Source: Veleropilina oligotropha
Taxonomy: Eukaryota
DNA: 64,000 bases
Direction: 5' to 3'
Assembly (NCBI GenBank): GCA_048128005.1
Contig: JBEUKZ010000080.1
Location: 1-64,000, forward strand
Below, in pieces: positions 12,314 to 20,278 of the stretch. The notes below the pieces were generated by a model. That model was not told where the DNA came from. It saw only the letters and a program-made list of their open reading frames with translations, and did no database searches. The position numbers were made by a program, and so were the translations under genes. Position 1 is the first letter of the stretch; every line of letters starts with the position of its first letter.

Positions 12314-12613
12314 ATGTGGGGAACGGACACCTGTCAATGGCTCACCATCAGCTCCACGGAGCTATGTGGTAAGAGATGTCTGAACACGTATTGCAAAGTC
12401 CATCTGGCTCGGCAACGGCGAAATGGCCGGGGCACAAAACCCTGCAGCAAATGCGGGAAGGGCGTTTTCAACCGGCTTACGTTGTGTAAGGGCTGTGGTA
12501 TCAACGAAGAGTGCGAACGGTATGGACTGGCAACGAAAGAAAAGGGCCTTCGAGAGAGAGTTTCTCCGCATGGCTGCAATTTACCACGCGTAAATTTCAT
12601 ATTAGAGAAGTAA
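12314..12613 (+). CDS. Small Cys/His zinc-finger-like protein; C-terminus frameshifted relative to copy 2
   Basis: C-x10-C-x3-C-x4-C-x2-H then CxxC...CxxC, conserved in 31362-31637. A net +4 nt after the last Cys moves DWQRKKRAF..MAAIYH out of frame. Confidence 0.7.
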   Translation: MWGTDTCQWLTISSTELCGKRCLNTYCKVHLARQRRNGRGTKPCSKCGKGVFNRLTLCKGCGINEECERYGLATKEKGLRERVSPHGCNLPRVNFILEK

Positions 12614-12641
12614 AGATCCTAGTGTGTACCCCCCCAGCAAC

Positions 12642-15600
12642 ATGGATGACCTGCGCAATCTAGCGAAAGATTATGGGATTCCCGCTCGGTCGAAGCTCAA
12701 GAAGCACGACCTCGTCAGGGCAATCGCCAGGGTCCGTGCTGCGGAGTTTCGGAGCAGACTCGAGCGGGCGATGAAAACGGGAAGGTTCCCCTCCATACGT
12801 GGAGATGTGGAGAACCCCCACAAAAGAGGCCGACGTGCTCGCGAGTTGCGGCAGATTAAGGACGAGGTCGACGCCGCCCTGCAGGCTCGTAAATACGAAT
12901 CCCAGGCTGAGAAAAATCCCAGGATTCGACTGAAGCCACTTCGCGCCATCACGGATCGAATCGTCAAGCGGTCTCGGAAAGAGACCCTTGCCCATGCTAT
13001 TGCTCGGAAGGGGCCCGATCTTCTCATCTCCAAAACGCTCCGGACAGCCCAGGACTACCAGAAGGATCTTCTAGGGCAATTTACCACACCCGAGGGACAA
13101 CGATTCATCGACCTGGATGACCAGGTCCCTCCCCCAGTAAGGCTCCCAGCAAAAGAGCCATGGGTGGAACTCTTGAGCGACGCCAAAGACGAGTTTGAGG
13201 TCGATGGCGCCGCGGCGGCTTTCTCCACATGGAGGGTAGAAGTGGCTGGACGGCTGGCCCTGGATGCCCGTATGACAGATGCAAGGGCGGCACAGCTCCT
13301 CACAGCCCTTCCAAAGGGCGAGTTTCTCCTTAGGATAAAGTTCTTGCGTGAGTGGGGTGAAGGTGACTGGGTGGTCGAAGACAAGTTTGACCCGGTGAAG
13401 GCTGCGAGAAAGAAGGGCCAGGGTGTCTTTGAGATCTCTCAGGATACTAAGCCGGGTGCTATCACTGGGGTCGACAAGGTCTACTACGAGAATGCCTACC
13501 CGGTCACTGCAGTCGTCTACGGCGTCTATCCTCTCAGAGAACCAAACCCCGCCAACCTGGTTCCGATGAAGAACGGCGACCTCAACTGCGTTGCCCAACG
13601 AGTGGTTGAGCACTTCGAAGGTGCCCTTAGAGGAAACGGACTCACCCCGACAAGGCGGCAGAAAATACTGGAGTGGGAAGAGCGAGTCCACGTAACAGGC
13701 GCCACTGTGGATGATATATCCATCCTCGAGAGGATCCTCAAACGGGCGATCATACTGAGAGATATTGCCGGCGAGGACATCTACAGCAGTGGGAAGTACC
13801 AGGGCTGGCATAGACCAGTAGAACTCATCTGTCACAACGGCCACGCCTGGTCCAAGGACCTACACTTTCCGCAGTCTCGCGAGGTCCACCTGTATGAGGG
13901 CGATGTCTGGGAAGCTATCCGACAAGCCACCCAGAATGAGCCATTGGCTGTCTGGCTCCTTGGCGGTAAAGACCGACAGCTTGGCGTGGACCAGTTCGTG
14001 CTTCAGGACGGCCGCACGTACAGGACAAAAGAGACTCACGAGATACTCCAAGAAGCCTGTACAGCGCTGGGAAACGAGTCCCTAGCCGATCGAGCCTTTG
14101 GCGTGAACCATGCAGCTAGCATTATGGCTAAAGAGACCAACGGCTGGAAACCCACCCCGGCGAGCCTGCTCGATGACATCCAGAAGGCCTGTGTAGAGCA
14201 TGGCCACGGCGGTCTCTGGAATTCCATGAACTACGATACGGGCGATGTCTGCTGCATCGACATGAAAGCCTGCTACCCTGCCAGCTTTCTGGGGAAGGGC
14301 GAGGCTAAGCCGTACTTCGAAAGATTCGGACACCCAACCCACAGCATGACCCGGGTCGCAATTAACGGTCCTCTACCCCGAGAAATCGGTACCGGGTTTG
14401 CCGAGGTCGTGGAATGGGAGTTCGCACAAGACATCCACCCCGTCATTGTAGCATGGTTCGGGAAGCACTTTGCAGAGAATGGATGGGCACCAACCCCGCT
14501 GCTCGCCTTCCTCATAGACTCTGGACTGCTAAAAAGCCTCAAGATCCGAGAAGCCATCATCGCATTCAAAAAGCAGACCGATGTCTGGCTTCCTCCGGAT
14601 CGTGACCAGGGCTGCAGTATCATCGGCAAATTCACCCAAGGCGCCAAAGCTGACGGAAAGCGATTGACTCGTAGACTGGTGACCGACCAGGGTGAGCTCG
14701 ACTTCCTCGTAAGAGACACCCGCCAAAGCGGCACCCTGGTTGGCGCTCCTCAGAGATGCCCTATGGGGCACATCCTCACGTACTATGATGGCTCCCAGCC
14801 TCAGTACGCCCACCTGAGGGCGTCCATGTTGGCCTATGCCCACATAAACCTCTTGAGCATGCTTCAGCGTTTCAGTGCAGCAGAAGCCGTCCGAGTAGCC
14901 ACTGACAGCATCTACCTCAAGAAGGCCTCGTTGGAGAAGCTCGACGATGTCACGGTGTACGTTGCCCCCAGACTCTGCAGCTGTGGCGAGAAATCGTGCG
15001 TCTCATGTCTGATCGCGGAGCCGTACCTTCCGCCAGTAGCACCGGCCCAGTGGCGTGACAAGGGCGAACAGCTGTATATGCCACAGGAACATGCCGCATA
15101 CCTACCCAAGCCAGAGTATTGTTGTGCCGCCAATTCCAGCCAGCCGAGCACCGCGCCATGCTACAATGACACACTGACCCACCATCGCCTGAGTTACCTC
15201 AACGGTGGAGGGGGCTGTGGCAAGACTACGAGAGCGATCGAGCTCTTTCGGGCAAGGAATCCCGTCGTGTTCACACCAACCCACCGCCTCGCTAAAGAGA
15301 TGCGGACCAGAGGCGTCAAAGCCCAGACCTACCACAGCTTCTTCCGATGGAGCGGCCAGAATGACTGGACGCCTGACCGCATGGGTCAGAAGTTCATCCC
15401 GCGCGTCATTATCTGGGACGAGGTCTGTACTGTTCCCCGGGCTATTCTAGAGATGTTCTTGGACTGGCTGGGCCGCCACGAAGTGCAGGTTATCTGCTGT
15501 GGTGATCAAGGCCAGCCACCACCGATTACGGGCGAGATGCCGCACGATTGGCTGCGAAAGACCGCGGACTACTATGAAGAGATCGAAGTAGACTACAGGG

Positions 15601-16472
15601 CGAAAGACGACCCTGCCCTCCAAGCCCTGAAAAGACGTATCCGTCTCCAGCCCGACAAAGTCCAGTGCGACGAGATGCGACGGACCCTCCCCAGCTGCCT
15701 CGGATGGGACCGGTTCGTCAACACCTGGAAGCCAGGCGACCTAATCCTCACAAGCCGTCAGAAGGTCCGCGAACGGGCTCAAGAGCTGTTGCTCCAGAGG
15801 CACAAGGAGCACTTCCCAGACTCCATGGTGCCTATCCTGTACCACCCCAGGGACAGCAGAAAACAGAACATCATGGTAACCATTCCGGGCACCAGCGACA
15901 GAGAGGAGCTAGTTCTGAACGACGTCGTCGAGGTCACCATTGAGGCCGCTGAGCGGGCTATCCTGACCCCGGATTGGCGCCTGGGCTATGCCCTGACCAT
16001 CCATTCGAGCCAGGGTCTTACGATTCACGACCCACAGAAAGTCTGGATCATCGACGACTACCTTCAGTGGAGTAATCTCGCCTACCTAGCCGTGTCCCGG
16101 GTGGAGCTGCTGCGTCAGCTCGAACGGGTAACCTGTCCACCGGATGAGGGTTCTGAGGACAGGCCCCCCCAAACCGAGCAACAGCTCCGAAAGACCATCC
16201 AGAAAAAGCTTGTGGCGTACAAACGCCAGGACCAGGCAACGGGACTCCCGGGGTTTAACCTCAAGGTCGACGACATCCTGCGGCTCAGAGAGGCCCAAAA
16301 CAACCGCTGCGCAGCATGCAACATAGAGCTGCTCTGGGCATATTCCCCAAAGGACACACAGCAGTTCAGTGTCGACCGTGTGGACAACAGCAGGGGCCAC
16401 ACCCGCGACAACGTGCGCTTAACGTGTCTGGAATGTAACCGGAAACGAGGATTTGCGGTTGTTAACGCCTGA
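12642..16472 (+). CDS. Replication polyprotein: HeH/Rho-N-like, OTU-like Cys protease, divergent family-B DNA polymerase palm, SF1 (RecD/Pif1-like) helicase, HNH-like nuclease
   Basis: LRNLAKDYGIPARSKLKKHDLVRAI; GDLNCVAQ...LICHNGHAW; PolB motif A IDMKACYP, motif B RDQGCSIIGKF, motif C VATDSIY; helicase GGGGCGKT, IIWDE, GDQGQPPP, YR, ALTIHSSQGLT, AYLAVSR; CAAC...DRVDNSRGHTRDNV..CLECN. First ATG at 12642 (the ORF track starts at GTG 12624). Confidence 0.88.
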   Translation: MDDLRNLAKDYGIPARSKLKKHDLVRAIARVRAAEFRSRLERAMKTGRFPSIRGDVENPHKRGRRARELRQIKDEVDAALQARKYESQAEKNPRIRLKPLRAITDRIVKRSRKETLAHAIARKGPDLLISKTLRTAQDYQKDLLGQFTTPEGQRFIDLDDQVPPPVRLPAKEPWVELLSDAKDEFEVDGAAAAFSTWRVEVAGRLALDARMTDARAAQLLTALPKGEFLLRIKFLREWGEGDWVVEDKFDPVKAARKKGQGVFEISQDTKPGAITGVDKVYYENAYPVTAVVYGVYPLREPNPANLVPMKNGDLNCVAQRVVEHFEGALRGNGLTPTRRQKILEWEERVHVTGATVDDISILERILKRAIILRDIAGEDIYSSGKYQGWHRPVELICHNGHAWSKDLHFPQSREVHLYEGDVWEAIRQATQNEPLAVWLLGGKDRQLGVDQFVLQDGRTYRTKETHEILQEACTALGNESLADRAFGVNHAASIMAKETNGWKPTPASLLDDIQKACVEHGHGGLWNSMNYDTGDVCCIDMKACYPASFLGKGEAKPYFERFGHPTHSMTRVAINGPLPREIGTGFAEVVEWEFAQDIHPVIVAWFGKHFAENGWAPTPLLAFLIDSGLLKSLKIREAIIAFKKQTDVWLPPDRDQGCSIIGKFTQGAKADGKRLTRRLVTDQGELDFLVRDTRQSGTLVGAPQRCPMGHILTYYDGSQPQYAHLRASMLAYAHINLLSMLQRFSAAEAVRVATDSIYLKKASLEKLDDVTVYVAPRLCSCGEKSCVSCLIAEPYLPPVAPAQWRDKGEQLYMPQEHAAYLPKPEYCCAANSSQPSTAPCYNDTLTHHRLSYLNGGGGCGKTTRAIELFRARNPVVFTPTHRLAKEMRTRGVKAQTYHSFFRWSGQNDWTPDRMGQKFIPRVIIWDEVCTVPRAILEMFLDWLGRHEVQVICCGDQGQPPPITGEMPHDWLRKTADYYEEIEVDYRAKDDPALQALKRRIRLQPDKVQCDEMRRTLPSCLGWDRFVNTWKPGDLILTSRQKVRERAQELLLQRHKEHFPDSMVPILYHPRDSRKQNIMVTIPGTSDREELVLNDVVEVTIEAAERAILTPDWRLGYALTIHSSQGLTIHDPQKVWIIDDYLQWSNLAYLAVSRVELLRQLERVTCPPDEGSEDRPPQTEQQLRKTIQKKLVAYKRQDQATGLPGFNLKVDDILRLREAQNNRCAACNIELLWAYSPKDTQQFSVDRVDNSRGHTRDNVRLTCLECNRKRGFAVVNA

Positions 16473-17460
16473 GAACCGGCGGCAGCTGGGTATCACGAGG
16501 CACCACGAGAAGTTCCTCTCGAACAAACCCACGCGGTGGTCCATCCAGCAAGTAGTAGAGCACAGGCTCGTCAGGCTTAGTGACGGAGCGTCCAAGCCTG
16601 TAAACTTTTAGAGACCACACCGGGTCAGTAGCACGGCGATGACCCCCCTCCAGCTCACCATCGTAGTAAAGGTAGCGAACATCTACGTCAGAGGGGAGTT
16701 TCTGTTCCTTCCCCTGTCGGCCTGGAACAGTGGCGCCTGGCTTTTGTGCAACGCGAGGTGCCTTGATGGCGTCCTTGGGCTTTTTACCGGTCAGCCTGGT
16801 CACTTCCCCATTCAACGCCGCAACAACAGCTGCTAACCGGGCGACCCACTCAGTTGACCTTTGACCCTCTTTCGCAGACTCTGCAAACCGCATCTCTGTT
16901 GCATACTGGTGCCCGAAGAGCCGCTCAGCGAGCGTCCGGTTGAAGCGCTCCACAATGCCCTGATCGCGATGGATATCCACACGGCCACGCCTAACCTCGA
17001 CGTTATTCTTTGCCAGCAGCTGGGAAACCGCGCCCATAAACTCTCGCCCTGGATCGACTTGAAGCAGTTTCGGCCAGCCAAGAGGACTCCGCCTGTAGAT
17101 TCGGGCTAGTGCTTCAGCAACCCCTTTGGCCTCTTTTGTGACCAGAGGCTCAGCCTCTTTAAAGCGACTGGCCACATCAACCACAGTCAAAGCGTACTTG
17201 TACGTTTTACGGCCGACCTTGTCATGGGGCAGAAACAGGAGATCGGCTTGGTGAACCTCGTTCGGCGTCGTAACGTCAAACCGTGGTCTTGGAATCCGCC
17301 GTGGCGCAGGTAAATAGATCTGCCATATAGCCTGCCTCTTAAGCCATGTCCGGGCCTCCACTTCAGACGCCTTGGCAGCCTCCGCTAGTTTCTTTATCGC
17401 GGCAATGCCTTTCCAGTAGCCCTTAGGGCTGTAGTACATCCTCGCAAGCTTACTATCCAT
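16462..17460 (-). CDS. Retroviral-like (rve, DDE) integrase of Polinton/adintovirus type
   Basis: HQADL (D), LTVVDVASR, QVDPGREF (D), GIVERFNRTL (E). Intact. Confidence 0.95.
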   Translation of the reverse strand: MDSKLARMYYSPKGYWKGIAAIKKLAEAAKASEVEARTWLKRQAIWQIYLPAPRRIPRPRFDVTTPNEVHQADLLFLPHDKVGRKTYKYALTVVDVASRFKEAEPLVTKEAKGVAEALARIYRRSPLGWPKLLQVDPGREFMGAVSQLLAKNNVEVRRGRVDIHRDQGIVERFNRTLAERLFGHQYATEMRFAESAKEGQRSTEWVARLAAVVAALNGEVTRLTGKKPKDAIKAPRVAQKPGATVPGRQGKEQKLPSDVDVRYLYYDGELEGGHRRATDPVWSLKVYRLGRSVTKPDEPVLYYLLDGPPRGFVREELLVVPRDTQLPPVLRR

Positions 17461-17674
17461 CAGCAATGTATTCCAGTAAACTGATCAGTCTCCAACAGGC
17501 TTCAGCTTCCGGAGCCGGTCGCTGCGCAGTGGTCGCCCGTAGGTTGGTCGGGCCCGAGAGCACCAGGACCGCGAACCGCACCATAGTCTTTTCGTCGCGG
17601 CGCCAGCAGTCGAGTAACGTAGTACTATAGCCGACCGCAAGCATAGCGCAGTACAGCTCTTCTGGGAGCCCCAT
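17453..17674 (-). CDS. Hypothetical 73-aa protein
   Basis: MGLPEELYCAML...EYIADG is conserved in copy 2 (36492-36713). Its stop overlaps the integrase start. Confidence 0.55.
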   Translation of the reverse strand: MGLPEELYCAMLAVGYSTTLLDCWRRDEKTMVRFAVLVLSGPTNLRATTAQRPAPEAEACWRLISLLEYIADG

Positions 17675-17714
17675 TACTATACATGCCAACGAAAAAAATG
17701 TCCACTGGAAATAA

Positions 17715-18143
17715 TTAGGCGAGCTTGTAGGCGACCAACCCGGTCGCAGCCATCCCCAGGATGATGAAGGTGATCTCACGTCCCTTCTGGGCATCGCTCG
17801 GTGTGTAGTAGTCAGACAGGGCGGGCTCAGGGCCACCCCCCAGGTCGGGGTCAAGGTTCTTGCCGGTGATCAATGCATACTCACGGATCGCGGCGTCAAC
17901 ATCCCGGAATGTGCCAACGGCATGACCCTGGCGGCGAAGTTCAACGTTCAGCCAGTCGAGACGCTCTGCCCTCTGTTGTGACCATTTAGTCTGAGCAACG
18001 TTGAGCTGTTCTACAGCAATGTCGTGGCGTTTACGCTCCGCATCGACACCGGAGCTGCGTAGCTTCGAGAAGAGGAAGTTGGAGCCGCTGAAGGCGAGGG
18101 CGTTGACGAGAGCGCCCCCAACCAGCATCGCAATGGAAGCCAT
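17715..18143 (-). CDS. Membrane protein with N- and C-terminal hydrophobic helices and a central coiled coil
   Basis: MASIAMLVGGALVNALAFSGSNFLFS...ITFIILGMAATGLVAYKLA. Conserved in copy 2 with in-frame indels. Confidence 0.75.
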   Translation of the reverse strand: MASIAMLVGGALVNALAFSGSNFLFSKLRSSGVDAERKRHDIAVEQLNVAQTKWSQQRAERLDWLNVELRRQGHAVGTFRDVDAAIREYALITGKNLDPDLGGGPEPALSDYYTPSDAQKGREITFIILGMAATGLVAYKLA

Positions 18144-18174
18144 TGAAATGCTGCGATTATCTAGCAAGGTCCCA

Positions 18175-18414
18175 CTACTTCAATATATCGGCCGGAATGA
18201 TGCCTTGCTTGATCAGCATGTCTTTCGTCGCCATGGCGAGCGATACGTCGAGGACGACCATCCCGACATCGTACCCCGTGAAGTCCAGTTTGGGGCTCGC
18301 TCCCTTGAATACCATCTTTGTCAGGCGTGCGTAGCCTATGGCGAGGCCTGACACTATAGCGGCGTGGTATACAGCGTTGCCGAGCATCTTTCCATCAGTG
18401 ATTGGGGTAGTCAT
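18175..18414 (-). CDS. Small hydrophobic 79-aa protein
   Basis: Two amphipathic/hydrophobic helices. Copy 2 (37199-37438) differs mostly at silent sites. Confidence 0.75.
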   Translation of the reverse strand: MTTPITDGKMLGNAVYHAAIVSGLAIGYARLTKMVFKGASPKLDFTGYDVGMVVLDVSLAMATKDMLIKQGIIPADILK

Positions 18415-18439
18415 AACTGTTGATTAGTACCGTTTGCGA

Positions 18440-18931
18440 CTATTGCATATGAAAAGGGTTCTGCTTCTTCAATTCGATAGTGGGGGCGGCCCGAGAGCAC
18501 CGAGCGTCCGCGTCTGGTGGCTGTTGATGTGGTGTGGATGGACCAGGGTTGCTGCGTTCTGAGGACGTCTTCCAGACAACAAATACCAACGCAACCGTAC
18601 CGGCAGCGACGGCTACCTGGGTCCAATTAAATGGGTCCGATTTCCGTGTATCTGGCGCACACGGTCTTTCTGCGGCTGGAACCGCCTCCCCGGGCTGTTC
18701 TGATGGAACGACAACACTTGTTGGGGCACTCAGGTCTTCTTTCATTTTTCGAACCGCGGCCAGTAGCTTCTCCTGCTTGGCTTTTCGAGCAGCAGCGCCG
18801 GCCCGACCTGCAGCCACTTTTTTCGGGTCCTTTTTACTCACTGATGAGTCTGTCGATGAAGTCACCCTCTCTATCGGCTGGCTCTCGATCGGCTGTCTCT
18901 CGATCACTTGGTCCACTTCCGGCGTTGTCAT
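18440..18931 (-). CDS. Protein with a basic KKDPKKVAAGRAGAAARKAK motif and one TM helix
   Basis: The basic motif and FNWTQVAVAAGTVALVFVVW are conserved in copy 2, while the linkers are hypervariable. Confidence 0.7.
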   Translation of the reverse strand: MTTPEVDQVIERQPIESQPIERVTSSTDSSVSKKDPKKVAAGRAGAAARKAKQEKLLAAVRKMKEDLSAPTSVVVPSEQPGEAVPAAERPCAPDTRKSDPFNWTQVAVAAGTVALVFVVWKTSSERSNPGPSTPHQQPPDADARCSRAAPTIELKKQNPFHMQ

Positions 18932-19592
18932 CTTGATCTGGTATCTTAGGCGGGCAAACATGTCCAAATTGGCAGTGCTTAGCCGTGGTCAACGCTGCGG
19001 TCAGCGGTGCGAGGTACATGCCATATTTATAATACAGCTCACAGCTTGCAGTGGTCAGGGCATGTGAGATGAACGGGTCGGCCTCCAGGTCGGCGATCAG
19101 TCGTAGCTGGTTTGCTGGTGGAATGGGCAGGAACATCCCAGCTGCACCCGCATACAGCTGTATAGCAGCGGCCCCGAGGGTCTTCGTCATGTCAGCACCT
19201 AGCTTCGCTTCATACCGTGCGTGGTGTTTCTCAACCTCGTCGTCAGTCATATCGTCGATTCGGTCCACTGTGAGGTTACGCCCCATGTATCTGTGGGCCC
19301 CTCCAACGGCTAATGCTGCAAGCCTCTCCCGTTTCTTTGCCATCCCTATGGAGCCAGTTTCAGGTTCCTCGTGCTGCGAGCAGCGTTTGGTCGTCGAGCG
19401 GGGTGAGCTGCTGCTCACGGTCATTTCTTCCTCGTCATCCATGAGTTGATCGATGAGGCTGTCCATCCTTAAGCGTTTCCAACATCTCCTCGCCAGTCTA
19501 ATATAGCGATAATGCCAATACCACAACGTTACGAGTAGCAACAAGATCAGGCCCTGGCTGAAAGCAAAAGCTATGTATACCGCGTCCGACAT
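18834..19592 (-). CDS. Hypothetical protein with an N-terminal TM segment and a helical core
   Basis: 252 aa, conserved in copy 2 (37871-38626) with in-frame indels. The alternative start MDSLID at 19466 cannot be excluded. Confidence 0.7.
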   Translation of the reverse strand: MSDAVYIAFAFSQGLILLLLVTLWYWHYRYIRLARRCWKRLRMDSLIDQLMDDEEEMTVSSSSPRSTTKRCSQHEEPETGSIGMAKKRERLAALAVGGAHRYMGRNLTVDRIDDMTDDEVEKHHARYEAKLGADMTKTLGAAAIQLYAGAAGMFLPIPPANQLRLIADLEADPFISHALTTASCELYYKYGMYLAPLTAALTTAKHCQFGHVCPPKIPDQDDNAGSGPSDRETADREPADREGDFIDRLISE

Positions 19593-19645
19593 GCCTAGCT
19601 AGCTAAGTAGCTGCTAAGTAGATGTTAGGGCTAGCCAAGTAGCTG

Positions 19646-20278
19646 CTAAAGCACACTATAAGCAACGGGCTGATCAGTTTTCAACAGAAGCTTAGCGTGT
19701 CGTGTCTCGGACAACAGCCGGCGAACCGCGGTCCGTTCATCCTGCGACGGGATTACATCGTTCTCGCGCAGACAGTCCTCGAAACTGTCGCGGTCCTTGC
19801 AATGGAACAGCGCGACCCAGCGGGTCTGCTCTCTGAGCTCCTTCAAGACCGAGTTGTACTTTTGCGTCACTACCCATACGCTCTGGGAAGCATGCCTGCC
19901 GCTGAAGGCCAACAAAGTCAGCATGTCCCGTTTCTTTGCCATAGCCTTGCTGGCGGCGCAGTCGTCGATTATGTACAGAGTCGACTCCCCCTGAAACAGC
20001 CGGTAGAACCCCCGCAGCCAGTCATGGAGTCGCTCACCCGGGGGGACTAAATACACCTCAGGGTCGGTCCAGATCCACGGACAAGACTGGTATGCTTTGT
20101 TGTACTTGATCGTGGGGCAGAGGATCACGATATGCCGGAAGACGCCTCGATACTCCCCTTCCAGCAGTTCAAGCATGAAAACCGTCTTCCCACAACCGGT
20201 CTGGCCGCAGATGATTGCGGAGTGGGGGTCCTTGGTGTGCGGAAATCGTTTAGTACAGTGCTTCGACGAATCGGCCAT
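19646..20278 (-). CDS. A32/FtsK-HerA family genome-packaging ATPase
   Basis: Walker A IICGQTGCGKT, Walker B LYIIDD, arginine-finger region FSGRH, and VWVVTQ. Confidence 0.92.
   Translation of the reverse strand: MADSSKHCTKRFPHTKDPHSAIICGQTGCGKTVFMLELLEGEYRGVFRHIVILCPTIKYNKAYQSCPWIWTDPEVYLVPPGERLHDWLRGFYRLFQGESTLYIIDDCAASKAMAKKRDMLTLLAFSGRHASQSVWVVTQKYNSVLKELREQTRWVALFHCKDRDSFEDCLRENDVIPSQDERTAVRRLLSETRHAKLLLKTDQPVAYSVL

Noticed and set aside
12660..16411. Many antisense and alternative-frame ORFs inside the polyprotein gene (also 33601-34659 in copy 2)
   Set aside because: Shadow ORFs of GC-rich coding DNA; their lengths differ between the two copies and they show no motifs.
12642..16472. 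Helitron Rep-helicase
   Set aside because: No HUH/Y2 Rep motifs; the upstream domain has PolB-type motifs and the element has TIRs and an integrase.
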